From contig CAWISW010000002.1 in NCBI GenBank assembly GCA_963838925.1, forward strand, positions 256,001 through 320,000: a stretch of DNA of 64,000 nt, in the 5' to 3' direction. This document shows positions 28,482-38,229 of the stretch, in pieces. A program made the translations under genes and the position numbers. The stretch is from an uncultured Nitrososphaerota archaeon. Its GTDB lineage: Archaea > Thermoproteota > Nitrososphaeria > Nitrososphaerales > Gagatemarchaeaceae. Below the pieces are notes generated by a model. That model made no database searches, was not told the origin of the DNA, and was given only the letters and a program-made list of their open reading frames with translations. The first letter of the stretch is position 1, and every line of letters starts with the position of its first letter.

Positions 28482-29774
28482 TCAAGGCCCCGTTTCTGCC
28501 TCGTGAGAGATGCGGTCGTTCCTCTGGAAGACGAAGAGCGTCTGGTCTCCGAACCTGTTGAACGGGAACCTATCGGCCAGCGCCGTGTCAGCGCGCTCCA
28601 CCAACGCCAGACGCGACCTCAGCTTGACGTAGAGGTCGTTCAGGTAGGGCGGCGGGATTATGGCGGGCAGGGCGACTATCTTCTTCGTGTCAAAGTATGG
28701 CTTGAAGAACGCCGCGAACTCCCCGGGCGAATAGTAGTACGCGGGGATGTCCATCCCTCCCACCGAGACCATCTTGGGCTGCTTCTTCCGGGGTGTCAGG
28801 TTCTTGAACCTCAAGAGGGCGGCGCGGTAGAGGGACTCTTCCAGGCAGAACCTGTTCCTGATCGAGCAGACGAAGAAGCCGCCGGGCGCGGTGACCTTCC
28901 AGAGCTCGCGCGGGAACCGCCTGATGTTCACCTCGCAGTTAAGCGCGCCGTTGAAAGAGTACACCATCTTGGTCTTCCCCCCCGGGAGCCGGTCCCTCGC
29001 CTCGGCTACGTCGATCGCCTTCATCTGGAAGGCCTGGACCTTCCCGCTGAGCTTCCTGGCCTCGATCTTGCGCTTCAGGAGCGCGATCATGCTCGCCGAG
29101 ATGTCGGTGGCGACAACCTCCTTCACGCGCTTCGAGATCCGTATCGCCTCCGTGCCAGTCCCGCACCCTAGCTCGAGCAGGACGTCGTCGCGCCCCGCGC
29201 GCTCCATGACCTCCTTGATCGACCTCTCCCTCGTCCAGACGTTGATGAAGTTCCCGCTGATCGTGAAGTCGTACTCCTCGGAAGCCGAGTCGAACGCGTC
29301 TGCGACGGAGCCCATATAGTCCAGTCCCTGGGCCTTCCACGCGAGGAAGTCCAGCTTCACCTGCCCCTCTCCTCTGATGGCGCCGCGTGGAGTGAGCGGG
29401 GCGGTGGGGGTCAGCCGCAGCGCGCGCGCCTGCTCGCCGGAGTACCAGTCCTTGACTATCCTGCCCCCGTACTTCTTGGCGTAGAGCTCCCTCACCCTGC
29501 CCTTGTCGAGGAACTCCTCGCACGCGACCGTCTGGATGTAGTCGCCAAGGCGGACCTTGCCCTTCCCGCTGGAGAGCGCGTTCAGGATCCAGTCGCTCTT
29601 CCGGCCGGCTCCCATGACGTAGTACCCGCCTTCCGAGTACACGAACCTCATTATGGCGATGTGAGGTAACCCGGTGGTCCTGCCTGTGGTGATGAGCTTC
29701 AGAGTGGTTGGCTGGAGGTGCGACTCGCCTCCTTCTTCCTCCTCGCCTCGCAGCATCAACCTACCTTCGACCAT
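28482..29774 (-). CDS. Deazaflavin (F420)-dependent nitroreductase-like domain fused to class I SAM methyltransferase
   Basis: N-terminal LITTGRTTG..H...SDWILNA; C-terminal FDSASEEYD, LELGCGTG, SFNGALNC. Confidence 0.8.
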   Translation of the reverse strand: MVEGRLMLRGEEEEGGESHLQPTTLKLITTGRTTGLPHIAIMRFVYSEGGYYVMGAGRKSDWILNALSSGKGKVRLGDYIQTVACEEFLDKGRVRELYAKKYGGRIVKDWYSGEQARALRLTPTAPLTPRGAIRGEGQVKLDFLAWKAQGLDYMGSVADAFDSASEEYDFTISGNFINVWTRERSIKEVMERAGRDDVLLELGCGTGTEAIRISKRVKEVVATDISASMIALLKRKIEARKLSGKVQAFQMKAIDVAEARDRLPGGKTKMVYSFNGALNCEVNIRRFPRELWKVTAPGGFFVCSIRNRFCLEESLYRAALLRFKNLTPRKKQPKMVSVGGMDIPAYYYSPGEFAAFFKPYFDTKKIVALPAIIPPPYLNDLYVKLRSRLALVERADTALADRFPFNRFGDQTLFVFQRNDRISHEAETGP

Positions 29775-29789
29775 CCCCGCAGCCCATCC

Positions 29790-30728
29790 TCACCCTTCTT
29801 CCTCGAGCTCTCCGTACATCCGCCTCAGCTTCCTGTACCTGTTGGACTCGTAGATGTAGAATCCCATCCCGATCCTGACGGCGAAGATGGACGAGTGCCA
29901 TGCCGCCTTCGTGAACTTCCTGTTGAGCGCCCAGGACTTCATCCTGAGGAACGACCCGAGCGTGTAGAAGAGGAAGGAGTTCAGGACCCTCGAGCCGCCC
30001 CTTCCGTCCGCAGCATCCGTCATGGCCCTCTCTCCCTTTGTCTCGGTCTCGCGGAGCCTCATGCTGTAGAAGGCCGGGAAGTAGCTCCCCATCCACTGCG
30101 CCTCTGCGAGCAGCGAGTGGTACGCCTCCCTTCCCCCTATCAGCTTCGCAGTGAGGGCGTCCCTCGCGAAGATCGGCTTCTGCCTCGACCTGAACGCTTC
30201 GGTCGCCCACCTCTCGTCCATGATGCAGCTGAAGCAGAGCTCCGGGACGTCTCTGTTCGTCAGGCGGTGGAGCCTCGCCATGACCAGCGCCTTTAGCATG
30301 AAGGGCCACATCCCGTCCGTCTTGGTCACGCAGAAGAAGTCGATGTCCTCGTTCTCCCTCGCGGAGAGGTACGAGTTCGCCCCGCTGACTGACACCAGGA
30401 CCGTCCCCCTGAGCAGCACCCTCCCGAACGTGCTCGCCCTCCTCAGGTTCGCGCGCGCCCTCTCCCTCCTCCTCTCCTCCTCCTCGACCGTCTCGTAGAG
30501 CGTCCCCCTGGCGTCCGGGGACCTCTCGAGGACGTAGCCAGACTCCAGCTGGAACTTCGACTTCAGCTTAGAGTCGGAAAGGAACGCGTCCTCGAGCTCG
30601 CGCTCGCTCGCGTCGATGGAGGCCAGCCCTATCAGCTCGCGCAGGGAGATCATCGCGCCGTTCTCCCTGGCGATCTGGCAGAACGCCTCTATCTCCCGGG
30701 CCTGCTTCTCGGTAAGGGTGAGGCTCAT
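29790..30728 (-). CDS. Putative nucleotidyltransferase-fold protein
   Basis: VSVSGANS....EDIDFFCV resembles the hG[GS]x9-13DhD motif. Confidence 0.6.
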   Translation of the reverse strand: MSLTLTEKQAREIEAFCQIARENGAMISLRELIGLASIDASERELEDAFLSDSKLKSKFQLESGYVLERSPDARGTLYETVEEEERRRERARANLRRASTFGRVLLRGTVLVSVSGANSYLSARENEDIDFFCVTKTDGMWPFMLKALVMARLHRLTNRDVPELCFSCIMDERWATEAFRSRQKPIFARDALTAKLIGGREAYHSLLAEAQWMGSYFPAFYSMRLRETETKGERAMTDAADGRGGSRVLNSFLFYTLGSFLRMKSWALNRKFTKAAWHSSIFAVRIGMGFYIYESNRYRKLRRMYGELEEEG

Positions 30729-30729
30729 G

Positions 30730-31701
30730 CTAGCCCTGCTCGTACCTCCTCCACACGGCGTGGCTTTGGCTCGAGCTCACAGTGTCCCAAAGCGCGCCTG
30801 AGAGCGCGATGAGCTCTCCCATCGCTGCCACCGGGAGGACGAGGACCATCCTCGGCTTCGTCGCCAGCATGTCGATGACTATCCTGACGCTCTGGGCGGG
30901 GCTGAAGAACATCATAGTCTCGACCGTGCGTGGCGCCTTCCCGACAAGCCTCTTCACCTGTATGTGCCCGAAGAGTATCCGCCTCCTCTGCCTGATGAGG
31001 TCCACCATCCTCTTGGGCACGTCGATCTGCACGACGGCTTCCGGCTGGAAGCCGACGCGGAACCCCCTCTCCCTGATCCTTCCCGCGATGTAGGCTCCGT
31101 CGTTGACGACGCCCGGCGGGAGCTCGGTGAGCAGCTCGCTCCTTATCACCATAAGCTCGTCGGTCCCGTGGTTGCTCTGCTCGGCCTGGTTGGGGTCGGA
31201 AGAGAGGCGGTTGAACGAGGTCCACATGACCTCAAGCACGTCCGAGACGAGCCCCTTCGGCCTCTCGAAGACCGGCCTTCCCCCGATGAAGCCAGCCCTG
31301 CCGTCCTCCTCCACGGACCTTAGCAGCGCCGGGATCGACCCCGCCCTGATCATTGCGTCCGCGTTGACGTAGACCAAGAAGTCGCCTTCAGTCTCCCTGA
31401 ATATCTCGTTGATCGCGTCGGCCTTTCCAGTCCTCTTGTCGTGCTCGATGAGCTTGATTCGCTGGTCGCGCGCCGCCATCTTCCGAGCCCCAGTGATGGT
31501 CTCTTCGGAGCAGTCGCTCGCGATTAGCACCACCTTCCTGAGGACGAAGCCCGGCATCTCGGTCAGGACGACGGCCGAAAGCAGGGGCTGGAGGGTCGGG
31601 GGCTGCCCGGTGGCGCAAATGCCCACGGTGAAGGTATAGAGCCTGCTCTTGGCGGACTGGCCGCTCTGGGGAACCACACCCAACTCTTCGCTTTTCTGCA
31701 T
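30730..31701 (-). CDS. GT2 glycosyltransferase
   Basis: GKADAIN, VNADA, VNDG, QRRRI..GH. Confidence 0.85.
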   Translation of the reverse strand: MQKSEELGVVPQSGQSAKSRLYTFTVGICATGQPPTLQPLLSAVVLTEMPGFVLRKVVLIASDCSEETITGARKMAARDQRIKLIEHDKRTGKADAINEIFRETEGDFLVYVNADAMIRAGSIPALLRSVEEDGRAGFIGGRPVFERPKGLVSDVLEVMWTSFNRLSSDPNQAEQSNHGTDELMVIRSELLTELPPGVVNDGAYIAGRIRERGFRVGFQPEAVVQIDVPKRMVDLIRQRRRILFGHIQVKRLVGKAPRTVETMMFFSPAQSVRIVIDMLATKPRMVLVLPVAAMGELIALSGALWDTVSSSQSHAVWRRYEQG

Positions 31702-31932
31702 TCTTGAGCACTCTATTGAAGGTGCCAGACCTCCTTCTGCCGAAGGCTGGCCATCGAAGATATTGGCATCTCCTTCTCATAAGGGTTTATCGGCGAATCG
31801 GGGCGCGACCGTCCTATCGGGCGGGCTGATTTGAGCCTGATATTGAAAAATCGTTAATATTCAGTTCCGACCGGCTCGTCTCATGGCCGTAGTCTGTGGG
31901 CATGGTAGCGCGGCCGGCTCGGGCGGGCCCAG

Positions 31933-33531
31933 ATGAGGCCCCGGCTCAGAAGGTTCCTCCTCGGCGTTGGCGCGGGCGCCGTCGCCCTCTCGATATCTTT
32001 CGTCATCCGCCTCTATTTCGGCGGCATCTTCCTCCCTGAGGTGGCCGTCGGGGACCTTGTCACGAACACTCCAGGGTCTGTCGAGTCGGTCCTCGTGACG
32101 AACCTCCAGTACATCGCGAAGTACTCCGCCCTCACGGGGGCCATAGCGGTGAACCTCCTGCTCTACGGCGCGCTGGCGTCCATCCTTTCGAGCGTAAGCG
32201 GTCGGAAGGAGTACGGCGACCGGATCACCATCTACACGTTCGCCTCCTACGGAGTCATCTTCATCCTGACCGTTGTCACCCTCGCATTCACGCAGGTCCT
32301 CAGCTCTCCCCAGCCGCTCCCCACCATCGTGCTGGAGGTCCTGCCTCCCGCGCTCGCCTACGGGCTGGTCCTCGTCGCCGGCGAAAAGTTTGCCCCCGTC
32401 CAGACTGGCGTGATATGCGAGCCGTTGAAGCCCATGGCCACCCCTTCATCGGGAGGTTCGGCGAGAAAGAAGAACAAAGCCAAGTTCGACAGGAAGAGAC
32501 GCATAGCGATACAGGCGGGCCTCGCTACCGCCGTCGCAGGGGTGCTGCTCTATTACGGCGTGGGCCTCCTCTTCCCCAAGCCCGGGATCAGCCGGGTCGA
32601 CGCAGTGGCCGCCCTCTACTCCCAGGAAGTGACGACGAGCGACCAGTTCTACCGCGTCGATGTCAACGTCTTCCCCCCGAACGTCAGCTCAGGCACTTGG
32701 AAGGTCCCGTTGAGCGGCTTGGTGGACAACCCGATCACGCTGGACTACAGCTCTCTCGTCTCGATGCCCTCCGTGGAGCAGTACAACACCCTGGAGTGCG
32801 TCAGCAACGACATCGGAGGAGACCTCATCAGCACGGCGAAGTGGACCGGGGTGAAGCTCAAGGACATCCTCTCGCAGGCACAGGTGAAGGAGGGTGCTAC
32901 ATACGTCGTCTTCAAGGCCGCCGACGGGTACGACGTCGGCATCCCGATGGAGAAGGCGATGGTCGACGGCACCATCCTCGCCTACCAGATGAACGACGCC
33001 CCCCTCCTAGCCGAGCACGGGTTCCCTGCCCGCATGATAGTCCCAGGGTACTACGGAATGATGAACTGCAAGTGGGTCACCAGCATCGAGGTCGTCGCGG
33101 AGACCTACCAGGGGTATTGGCAGGTCAGAGGGTGGGCCAACGAGGCGTCGTACCAGACCGGCTCTTCGATCGTCACCCCCGGCACCGCCCAGGTCGCCGA
33201 CCGCTTCGGCATCGGCGGAGCCCCCAGCGTCCCGCTCGGGCTGACCCCGATCGCGGGGATAGCGTTCGCCGGAGACAGGGGAATCGAGAAGGTGGAGGTG
33301 AGCACGGATGGTGGGCATACGTGGATGCCGGCAAGCGTCAAGGACCCGCTCTCCAACTACACCTGGGTGCTGTGGACGGCCGACTGGAACCCACCCTCAA
33401 CGGGCGCCTTCTCGCTGGCAGTCCGGGCCACCGACGGGACGGGGGCAGTCCAGACCGCGGTGATGGCCACCCCATTCCCCAGCGGCGCGACGGGCTACCA
33501 CATCGTGGACGTGGGCGTCACTTCAGGCTGA
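31933..33531 (+). CDS. Membrane-anchored sulfite-oxidase-family molybdoenzyme
   Basis: FYRVD, TLECVSN, AKWTGV, HGFPARMIVPGYYG..CKW, C-terminal Ig-like dimerisation domain; N-terminal TM helices. Confidence 0.9.
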   Translation: MRPRLRRFLLGVGAGAVALSISFVIRLYFGGIFLPEVAVGDLVTNTPGSVESVLVTNLQYIAKYSALTGAIAVNLLLYGALASILSSVSGRKEYGDRITIYTFASYGVIFILTVVTLAFTQVLSSPQPLPTIVLEVLPPALAYGLVLVAGEKFAPVQTGVICEPLKPMATPSSGGSARKKNKAKFDRKRRIAIQAGLATAVAGVLLYYGVGLLFPKPGISRVDAVAALYSQEVTTSDQFYRVDVNVFPPNVSSGTWKVPLSGLVDNPITLDYSSLVSMPSVEQYNTLECVSNDIGGDLISTAKWTGVKLKDILSQAQVKEGATYVVFKAADGYDVGIPMEKAMVDGTILAYQMNDAPLLAEHGFPARMIVPGYYGMMNCKWVTSIEVVAETYQGYWQVRGWANEASYQTGSSIVTPGTAQVADRFGIGGAPSVPLGLTPIAGIAFAGDRGIEKVEVSTDGGHTWMPASVKDPLSNYTWVLWTADWNPPSTGAFSLAVRATDGTGAVQTAVMATPFPSGATGYHIVDVGVTSG

Positions 33532-33535
33532 GCGT

Positions 33536-33817
33536 TCAGAGCGTTATCCTGAGGAGGACGGCGAGGCCGACGAACTCTAGGACCGACATCGTCGAAAGGT
33601 AGGGGAGGGCGTCGTGCCCGAAGAACGGCGCCATCGTCGCGTAGGAGAACGCAGTGAGGACGCTGTTGGCAAGGAGGAGGAGGGCGAAGAACATCAGGCC
33701 CACGGAGTGAGAGGCCCGAGTCCTGATGGCGATTCCGGCGAACACGTAGAGGAGTATGAGGAGCATCACGGAGTTGACCGCGGAGAAGACGATCGCCACG
33801 TCCATCATCGGGTCCAT
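33536..33817 (-). CDS. Small 3-TM membrane protein
   Basis: 93-aa hydrophobic ORF divergent from the wHTH gene. Confidence 0.7.
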   Translation of the reverse strand: MDPMMDVAIVFSAVNSVMLLILLYVFAGIAIRTRASHSVGLMFFALLLLANSVLTAFSYATMAPFFGHDALPYLSTMSVLEFVGLAVLLRITL

Positions 33818-33868
33818 TCCTCTCTAATCCTTCGGACAATTCCACCGTGAGAGTATTAAGGATATTTC

Positions 33869-33908
33869 AAATTCGCGTGACTCATGGATAAATAGAGTCG
33901 CGAGATTT
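33869..33908. promoter_or_regulatory. Imperfect inverted repeat flanking a TATA-like box (candidate operator)
   Basis: AAATTCGCGTGACTC-(ATGGATAAATA)-GAGTCGCGAGATTT. Confidence 0.4.
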
Positions 33909-33916
33909 CGGCCCTC

Positions 33917-34231
33917 GTGCAGGACAACCAGGACCTGCGCCGTCTCTTGTGGTATCTCTTGGGCGCGACCAGGGGTGGCGAGATGAGGGCGCGGCTGATT
34001 CAGGCCCTCCGCGTTCAACCGGGCAACATGAACCAGCTAGCGAAGCGCCTCGGCGTCGAGTACAGGACGATACAGCATCACATCGAGGTCCTCAAGAAGA
34101 ACGCGCTGGTCGACTCCGCCGGGGAGCACTACGGCCTGACCTACTTCCTCACCCCTTGGATGGAGGGGCACATAGAGATCTTCGACGACCTTTGCAAGAA
34201 GCTGAAGTTCGAGCTAGACGGAGATTTGTAA
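33917..34231 (+). CDS. ArsR-like winged-helix regulator
   Basis: LLWYLLGATRGG..R, NMNQLAKRLGVEYRTIQHHIEVL, YG..YF. Confidence 0.85.
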   Translation: MQDNQDLRRLLWYLLGATRGGEMRARLIQALRVQPGNMNQLAKRLGVEYRTIQHHIEVLKKNALVDSAGEHYGLTYFLTPWMEGHIEIFDDLCKKLKFELDGDL

Positions 34232-34291
34232 CAAATCTGCATGCAAGATTGAAAAACCGATAAATGGATTTTTGCCCGCCGACCAAAGGCG

Positions 34292-34855
34292 ATGCAATAT
34301 TCCAGTCCTGAACGCCGGGCAGTCACTACCGCAGTCTTCGGTGTCACCGTAGCAGTCCTACTGGTCGTCGCGGCCAGCGGCTTCATACTGTATGGCACGA
34401 GGTCAACCATGCAGGAGACATCGACCGTCACGACAACAGACACCATGACCCAATCCTCTACCTCGACCGGCTCGATGAGCGAGTCCGCCTCCCCTGACGC
34501 TATCGCGTTCGTCCCTGCCCACGGGCAGATGTTCGGCGAGGGCTGGCTGATCGTCGCATCGCTAGGAAACGGGGACTACGCACTGACGGTGCACGCGACG
34601 GGATTGGAATCCGCCTCAATGGGCGACTACATCGTGGAGGCCGCCCAGAACAGCGGTCAGATGTCGACGGTCCCAATAGCTGGCTCCAACGCCACGCTGA
34701 GCGAATTCACCGCTGACGGCTCAGGAAACGGGCAGTTCTTCACCGTCCTGATGCAGAATCCCACCTCGGTCTACGAGAGCGTCTCCATAGTCTACCTTCC
34801 AGCGATGGAGATGACCAACGCCACTGTCGTCGCGACCGCCTCGCTAGCAATGTAG
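34292..34855 (+). CDS. Secreted or membrane-anchored hypothetical protein
   Basis: RRAVTT class III-like signal, TM helix, S/T/M-rich linker, beta domain. Confidence 0.65.
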   Translation: MQYSSPERRAVTTAVFGVTVAVLLVVAASGFILYGTRSTMQETSTVTTTDTMTQSSTSTGSMSESASPDAIAFVPAHGQMFGEGWLIVASLGNGDYALTVHATGLESASMGDYIVEAAQNSGQMSTVPIAGSNATLSEFTADGSGNGQFFTVLMQNPTSVYESVSIVYLPAMEMTNATVVATASLAM

Positions 34856-34903
34856 CGCTCTCGACAGTCGAGCTTTAAGGGCTCCAATCGCGATGCCGGG
34901 CCC

Positions 34904-36730
34904 ATGGAACCCGTCCTCGGGCCCGAGCAAGTGGCTTACAGCCTCAAGCGCTACCTCTCGATAAAGTCGGCCTACTCGCCCGAGTTCTCTCCAGACGACA
35001 AGAGGATAGCCTACCTCTCAGACGTGACAGGGGTCCCCCAGATTTGGATGACCGGGCTTTCGGGAGAAAGGGTCACCCAGCAGATGACCTTGGAGGACGA
35101 GAGGGTAGGATTCCTCAGCTACGCTTCCAAGAGCGAAAGGATAGCCTTCGGGGTCGACCGAGGCGGCAGCGAGCGGTTCCAGATCCACGTGCTCGAGCAG
35201 GAGGGAGACTCGGTCGTCAAGCTTACGGATGAGCCCAACGTCATACACAACTGGGGCGACTGGTCTCCTGATGAGAGCGCGATAACATTTTCATCGAACG
35301 CAAGGAGCCAAGAGTACTTCGACGTGTACGTCCAAGACCTGCACGACCGTTCCACCGAGCTTGTCTACAAGTACGACGGGAACGCCTACCCTGTCACCTG
35401 GAGCCCCGACGGCTCTAAGATCCTCTTCGAGGTTACCCACACGCCTTTCGACCACGACCTCTATCTTCTCGAGCTGGACGACAGGAAGGCCGAACTGCTC
35501 ACCCCGCACACCGGTGACGCCGCCTTCTACTCTCCCACGTTTGACGCGACCGGAGAGTTCGTCTACTGCGCGACCGACAAGGGGAGGGAGTTCTCGGCGC
35601 TCGGGAGGATAGACGTCTCGTCCCACCAGCTCGAGTTCATCTACGCAGAGGACTGGGACATCGAGGGCCTCACGGCGACCAAGGACAAGGAGACTCTCGC
35701 CTTCACGGTGAACGACGGCGGCGCCTCTCGGTTGATGGTCTGGGACCTCGGGAACGAGGCGCCCGCCGAGGTCCCCCTTCCGAAGGGACAGGTGGGCGGC
35801 CTCGACTGGTCGAACGACGGCCGGAGGCTCGCCTTCTCACTCTCTTCCTCCTCTTCGAACCCCGACGTATGGCTCTTCGACTTCGAGCTCCGGGGCTCGG
35901 CTAGGGGGAGCCTCTCAAGGCTGACGTACTCTTCGACTTGCGGCATCTCCGCGGCAAGCTTCGTGGAGCCAGAGCTCGTCAAGACCCGGTCTTTCGACGA
36001 GCTCGAGGTGCCCTCCTACCTCTACCTACCGATGGGGTCCGCCCCGTTCCCACTGATCGTCTTTCTCCACGGTGGACCTGAGTCTCAGTTCAGACCTGGG
36101 TTCGCGCCGCTGACGCAGTTCTTCCTGAAGCTAGGCTTCGCTGTCCTGGCGACGAACTTCCGCGGAAGCACGGGCTATGGCAGGCGCTACACCCATCTGG
36201 ACGACGTGAGGGGCAGGATGGACACCGTGAGAGACGCAGAATTCGCGCTCCGTCACGTCCTTGACAAGTACCCGATAGACAGGAGAAAGGTCGCTGCCTG
36301 GGGAGGGAGCTACGGGGGTTTCATGGTCCTCGCGTGCCTCTACTCGAACCCGGGCATGTGGGCGGCGGGCGTGGACATTGTGGGGATATCGAACTTCGTG
36401 ACCTTCCTCAAGAACACCGGCCCTTGGAGGAGGAGACTGAGGGTCGCGGAGTACGGCGACCCTGAGAAGGACAAGGAGTTCCTGGAGGGCATCTCCCCCA
36501 ACAACAACGCGCGCCTAATCACGTCGCCACTCTTCATAATCCACGGGACGAACGACCCGCGCGTGCCAATCGGCGAGGCGGAGCAGATCGCGGAGACCCT
36601 CAAGAAGCTCGGGCGGGAGGCCCACCTCATGAAGTTCGACGACGAGGGCCACGGCCTCTCGAAGCTGAAGAACAGGATAGCCGGTTACACGGCAGCTGTC
36701 GAGTTCCTGATGAGGCACGTCTCGGGCTGA
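34904..36730 (+). CDS. S9 family peptidase (acylaminoacyl/prolyl oligopeptidase)
   Basis: WSPD propeller repeats, HGGPE, GGSYGG, NDPRV, DEGHG. Confidence 0.93.
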   Translation: MEPVLGPEQVAYSLKRYLSIKSAYSPEFSPDDKRIAYLSDVTGVPQIWMTGLSGERVTQQMTLEDERVGFLSYASKSERIAFGVDRGGSERFQIHVLEQEGDSVVKLTDEPNVIHNWGDWSPDESAITFSSNARSQEYFDVYVQDLHDRSTELVYKYDGNAYPVTWSPDGSKILFEVTHTPFDHDLYLLELDDRKAELLTPHTGDAAFYSPTFDATGEFVYCATDKGREFSALGRIDVSSHQLEFIYAEDWDIEGLTATKDKETLAFTVNDGGASRLMVWDLGNEAPAEVPLPKGQVGGLDWSNDGRRLAFSLSSSSSNPDVWLFDFELRGSARGSLSRLTYSSTCGISAASFVEPELVKTRSFDELEVPSYLYLPMGSAPFPLIVFLHGGPESQFRPGFAPLTQFFLKLGFAVLATNFRGSTGYGRRYTHLDDVRGRMDTVRDAEFALRHVLDKYPIDRRKVAAWGGSYGGFMVLACLYSNPGMWAAGVDIVGISNFVTFLKNTGPWRRRLRVAEYGDPEKDKEFLEGISPNNNARLITSPLFIIHGTNDPRVPIGEAEQIAETLKKLGREAHLMKFDDEGHGLSKLKNRIAGYTAAVEFLMRHVSG

Positions 36731-36733
36731 TGT

Positions 36734-37162
36734 CTAGCCCTTCAGCATCGCCGTGATTCTTTCCGCGAGCGCCTTCAGCTCTTCACGGTGCTCGTTCAGC
36801 TTCTCGGGGTTCGACCTGACCAAGTCCTCCATGTACGAGACGAATCCGCTGATCTCGTCGAACATCTCGTCGACCGAGCGCTCCCTCCTGCCAAAGGCGG
36901 GCCCGAACGAGCCTTCGAGCTCCTCGCTGGCCTTGTCGGTGAGCTCGTATCTTCCGTCATCCCTCTTCTTCACCATGCCGTCCTTGGTGAGCTGCTCCAG
37001 CACCGGGTAGACAGATCCGGGGGATGGTCTCCACCAACCTTGGGTCATCCTCTCGATCTCGTCCATCAGCTCGACCCCGTTCTTCGGTGACGACGCTAGC
37101 ATCGTCACTATCGCCATGCGAAGCCCCCGCTTCCTGTGCATCATCCAACGAAACGGCCACAC
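36734..37162 (-). CDS. PadR-family regulator
   Basis: NGVELMDEI....GWWRPSPGSVYPVL, YELT; start GTG 37162 or a nearby ATG. Confidence 0.9.
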   Translation of the reverse strand: MWPFRWMMHRKRGLRMAIVTMLASSPKNGVELMDEIERMTQGWWRPSPGSVYPVLEQLTKDGMVKKRDDGRYELTDKASEELEGSFGPAFGRRERSVDEMFDEISGFVSYMEDLVRSNPEKLNEHREELKALAERITAMLKG

Positions 37163-37198
37163 GATGACTAAGGAAGCGGAGAGCCATATAATAAGGAA

Positions 37199-37226
37199 AT
37201 CGGTTTTCCGATATCGGTTTTCCGAT
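37199..37226. promoter_or_regulatory. Tandem palindromic operator (2 x ATCGG-TTTT-CCGAT)
   Basis: Two exact 14-bp copies, 37199-37212 and 37213-37226, between divergent genes. Confidence 0.7.
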
Positions 37227-37270
37227 ATTTTCATAAACCCGCTGAACAAAGGCAGCGGTGGCGAAAAGTC

Positions 37271-37690
37271 ATGAACAACGACAGCCAAGACGACAGTTCG
37301 TCACCGATGCGCGGCTACGGTCAGGCGCCGCACAGGCGCGGCCTGATGGGCTGGATAATCGGCGGACTGGTCATTCTCCTCCTACTCGGCCTGTTCCTGG
37401 GCCCGCTTCTCTACGGCTTCCCCGCCAGACCATACGCGTACTACCCGTTCCCGTTCTTCTTCTTCCCGTTCGGGTTCCTGATCTTCTTCTTCGCGGTCTT
37501 CTTCGTCGTGCGCGGACTCTTCTGGGGTTGGGGCTGGGGGTGGCGTGGTGGCTACTCGCGCGGATACTGGCACAGCCAAAGGTACTACGGCGACGCCACA
37601 GAGATCCTCAGACAGAGGTACGCTAGGGGAGAGATAACGAAGGACCAGTTCGACCAGATGATGAAGGACTTAAGGGCGAACGGCTCCTAG
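37271..37690 (+). CDS. SHOCT-domain membrane protein
   Basis: Two TM helices, then EILRQRYARGEITKDQFDQM. Confidence 0.88.
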   Translation: MNNDSQDDSSSPMRGYGQAPHRRGLMGWIIGGLVILLLLGLFLGPLLYGFPARPYAYYPFPFFFFPFGFLIFFFAVFFVVRGLFWGWGWGWRGGYSRGYWHSQRYYGDATEILRQRYARGEITKDQFDQMMKDLRANGS

Positions 37691-38125
37691 GCCCTTGCGC
37701 CCTTTTTTCTGCTGTAGGGTTGGCCCAGACTGGTAATCACGCTGGGTTGCCACACTTAGGCCGTTCTCCTTGTTGAGCTCTTGCCAGAGTGCCAGTCGGA
37801 CCACCGCAAGCGGGATGAAGATGATCAACTGCTGCGTGCTGTATCTCCTGACGTAATGGCTGTCGGAAGTCATCCCCTCAGCAATCTCCTTCGAAGCGGT
37901 CCCTGTCCTTGCAATCGTTATCGCGTAGGCCAAGAGCGGGATGTAGTTGAGTCCTGTGAGCACGAGGTAGGCTCCCAAAGCCTGCTGGCCTGCGTGGGCT
38001 ACGAGGAGCCCAAGCACGATGATCCCAGGCGTCCCCACGCCAAACTCGATCATGATGAACCTCGGGCCGTGGAGGAATATGTCCAGGGCGACGAGCTTCC
38101 TGACGCTGATCAACCGCCCCTCCAT
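37670..38125 (-). CDS. Hypothetical membrane protein
   Basis: Hydrophobic ORF from ATG 38125 (MEGRLISVRKLVALD..HG). Confidence 0.6.
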   Translation of the reverse strand: MEGRLISVRKLVALDIFLHGPRFIMIEFGVGTPGIIVLGLLVAHAGQQALGAYLVLTGLNYIPLLAYAITIARTGTASKEIAEGMTSDSHYVRRYSTQQLIIFIPLAVVRLALWQELNKENGLSVATQRDYQSGPTLQQKKGRKGLGAVRP

Positions 38126-38229
38126 GGCTCTCCTTCGGCCTCCCCTGGATAATACGCTTGGGCTTGGAAGCGGGATTGGTGTGGGGGGTTGCATCATGGA
38201 CTCTAAGTTCAGATCCAACGGCCCTGAAT

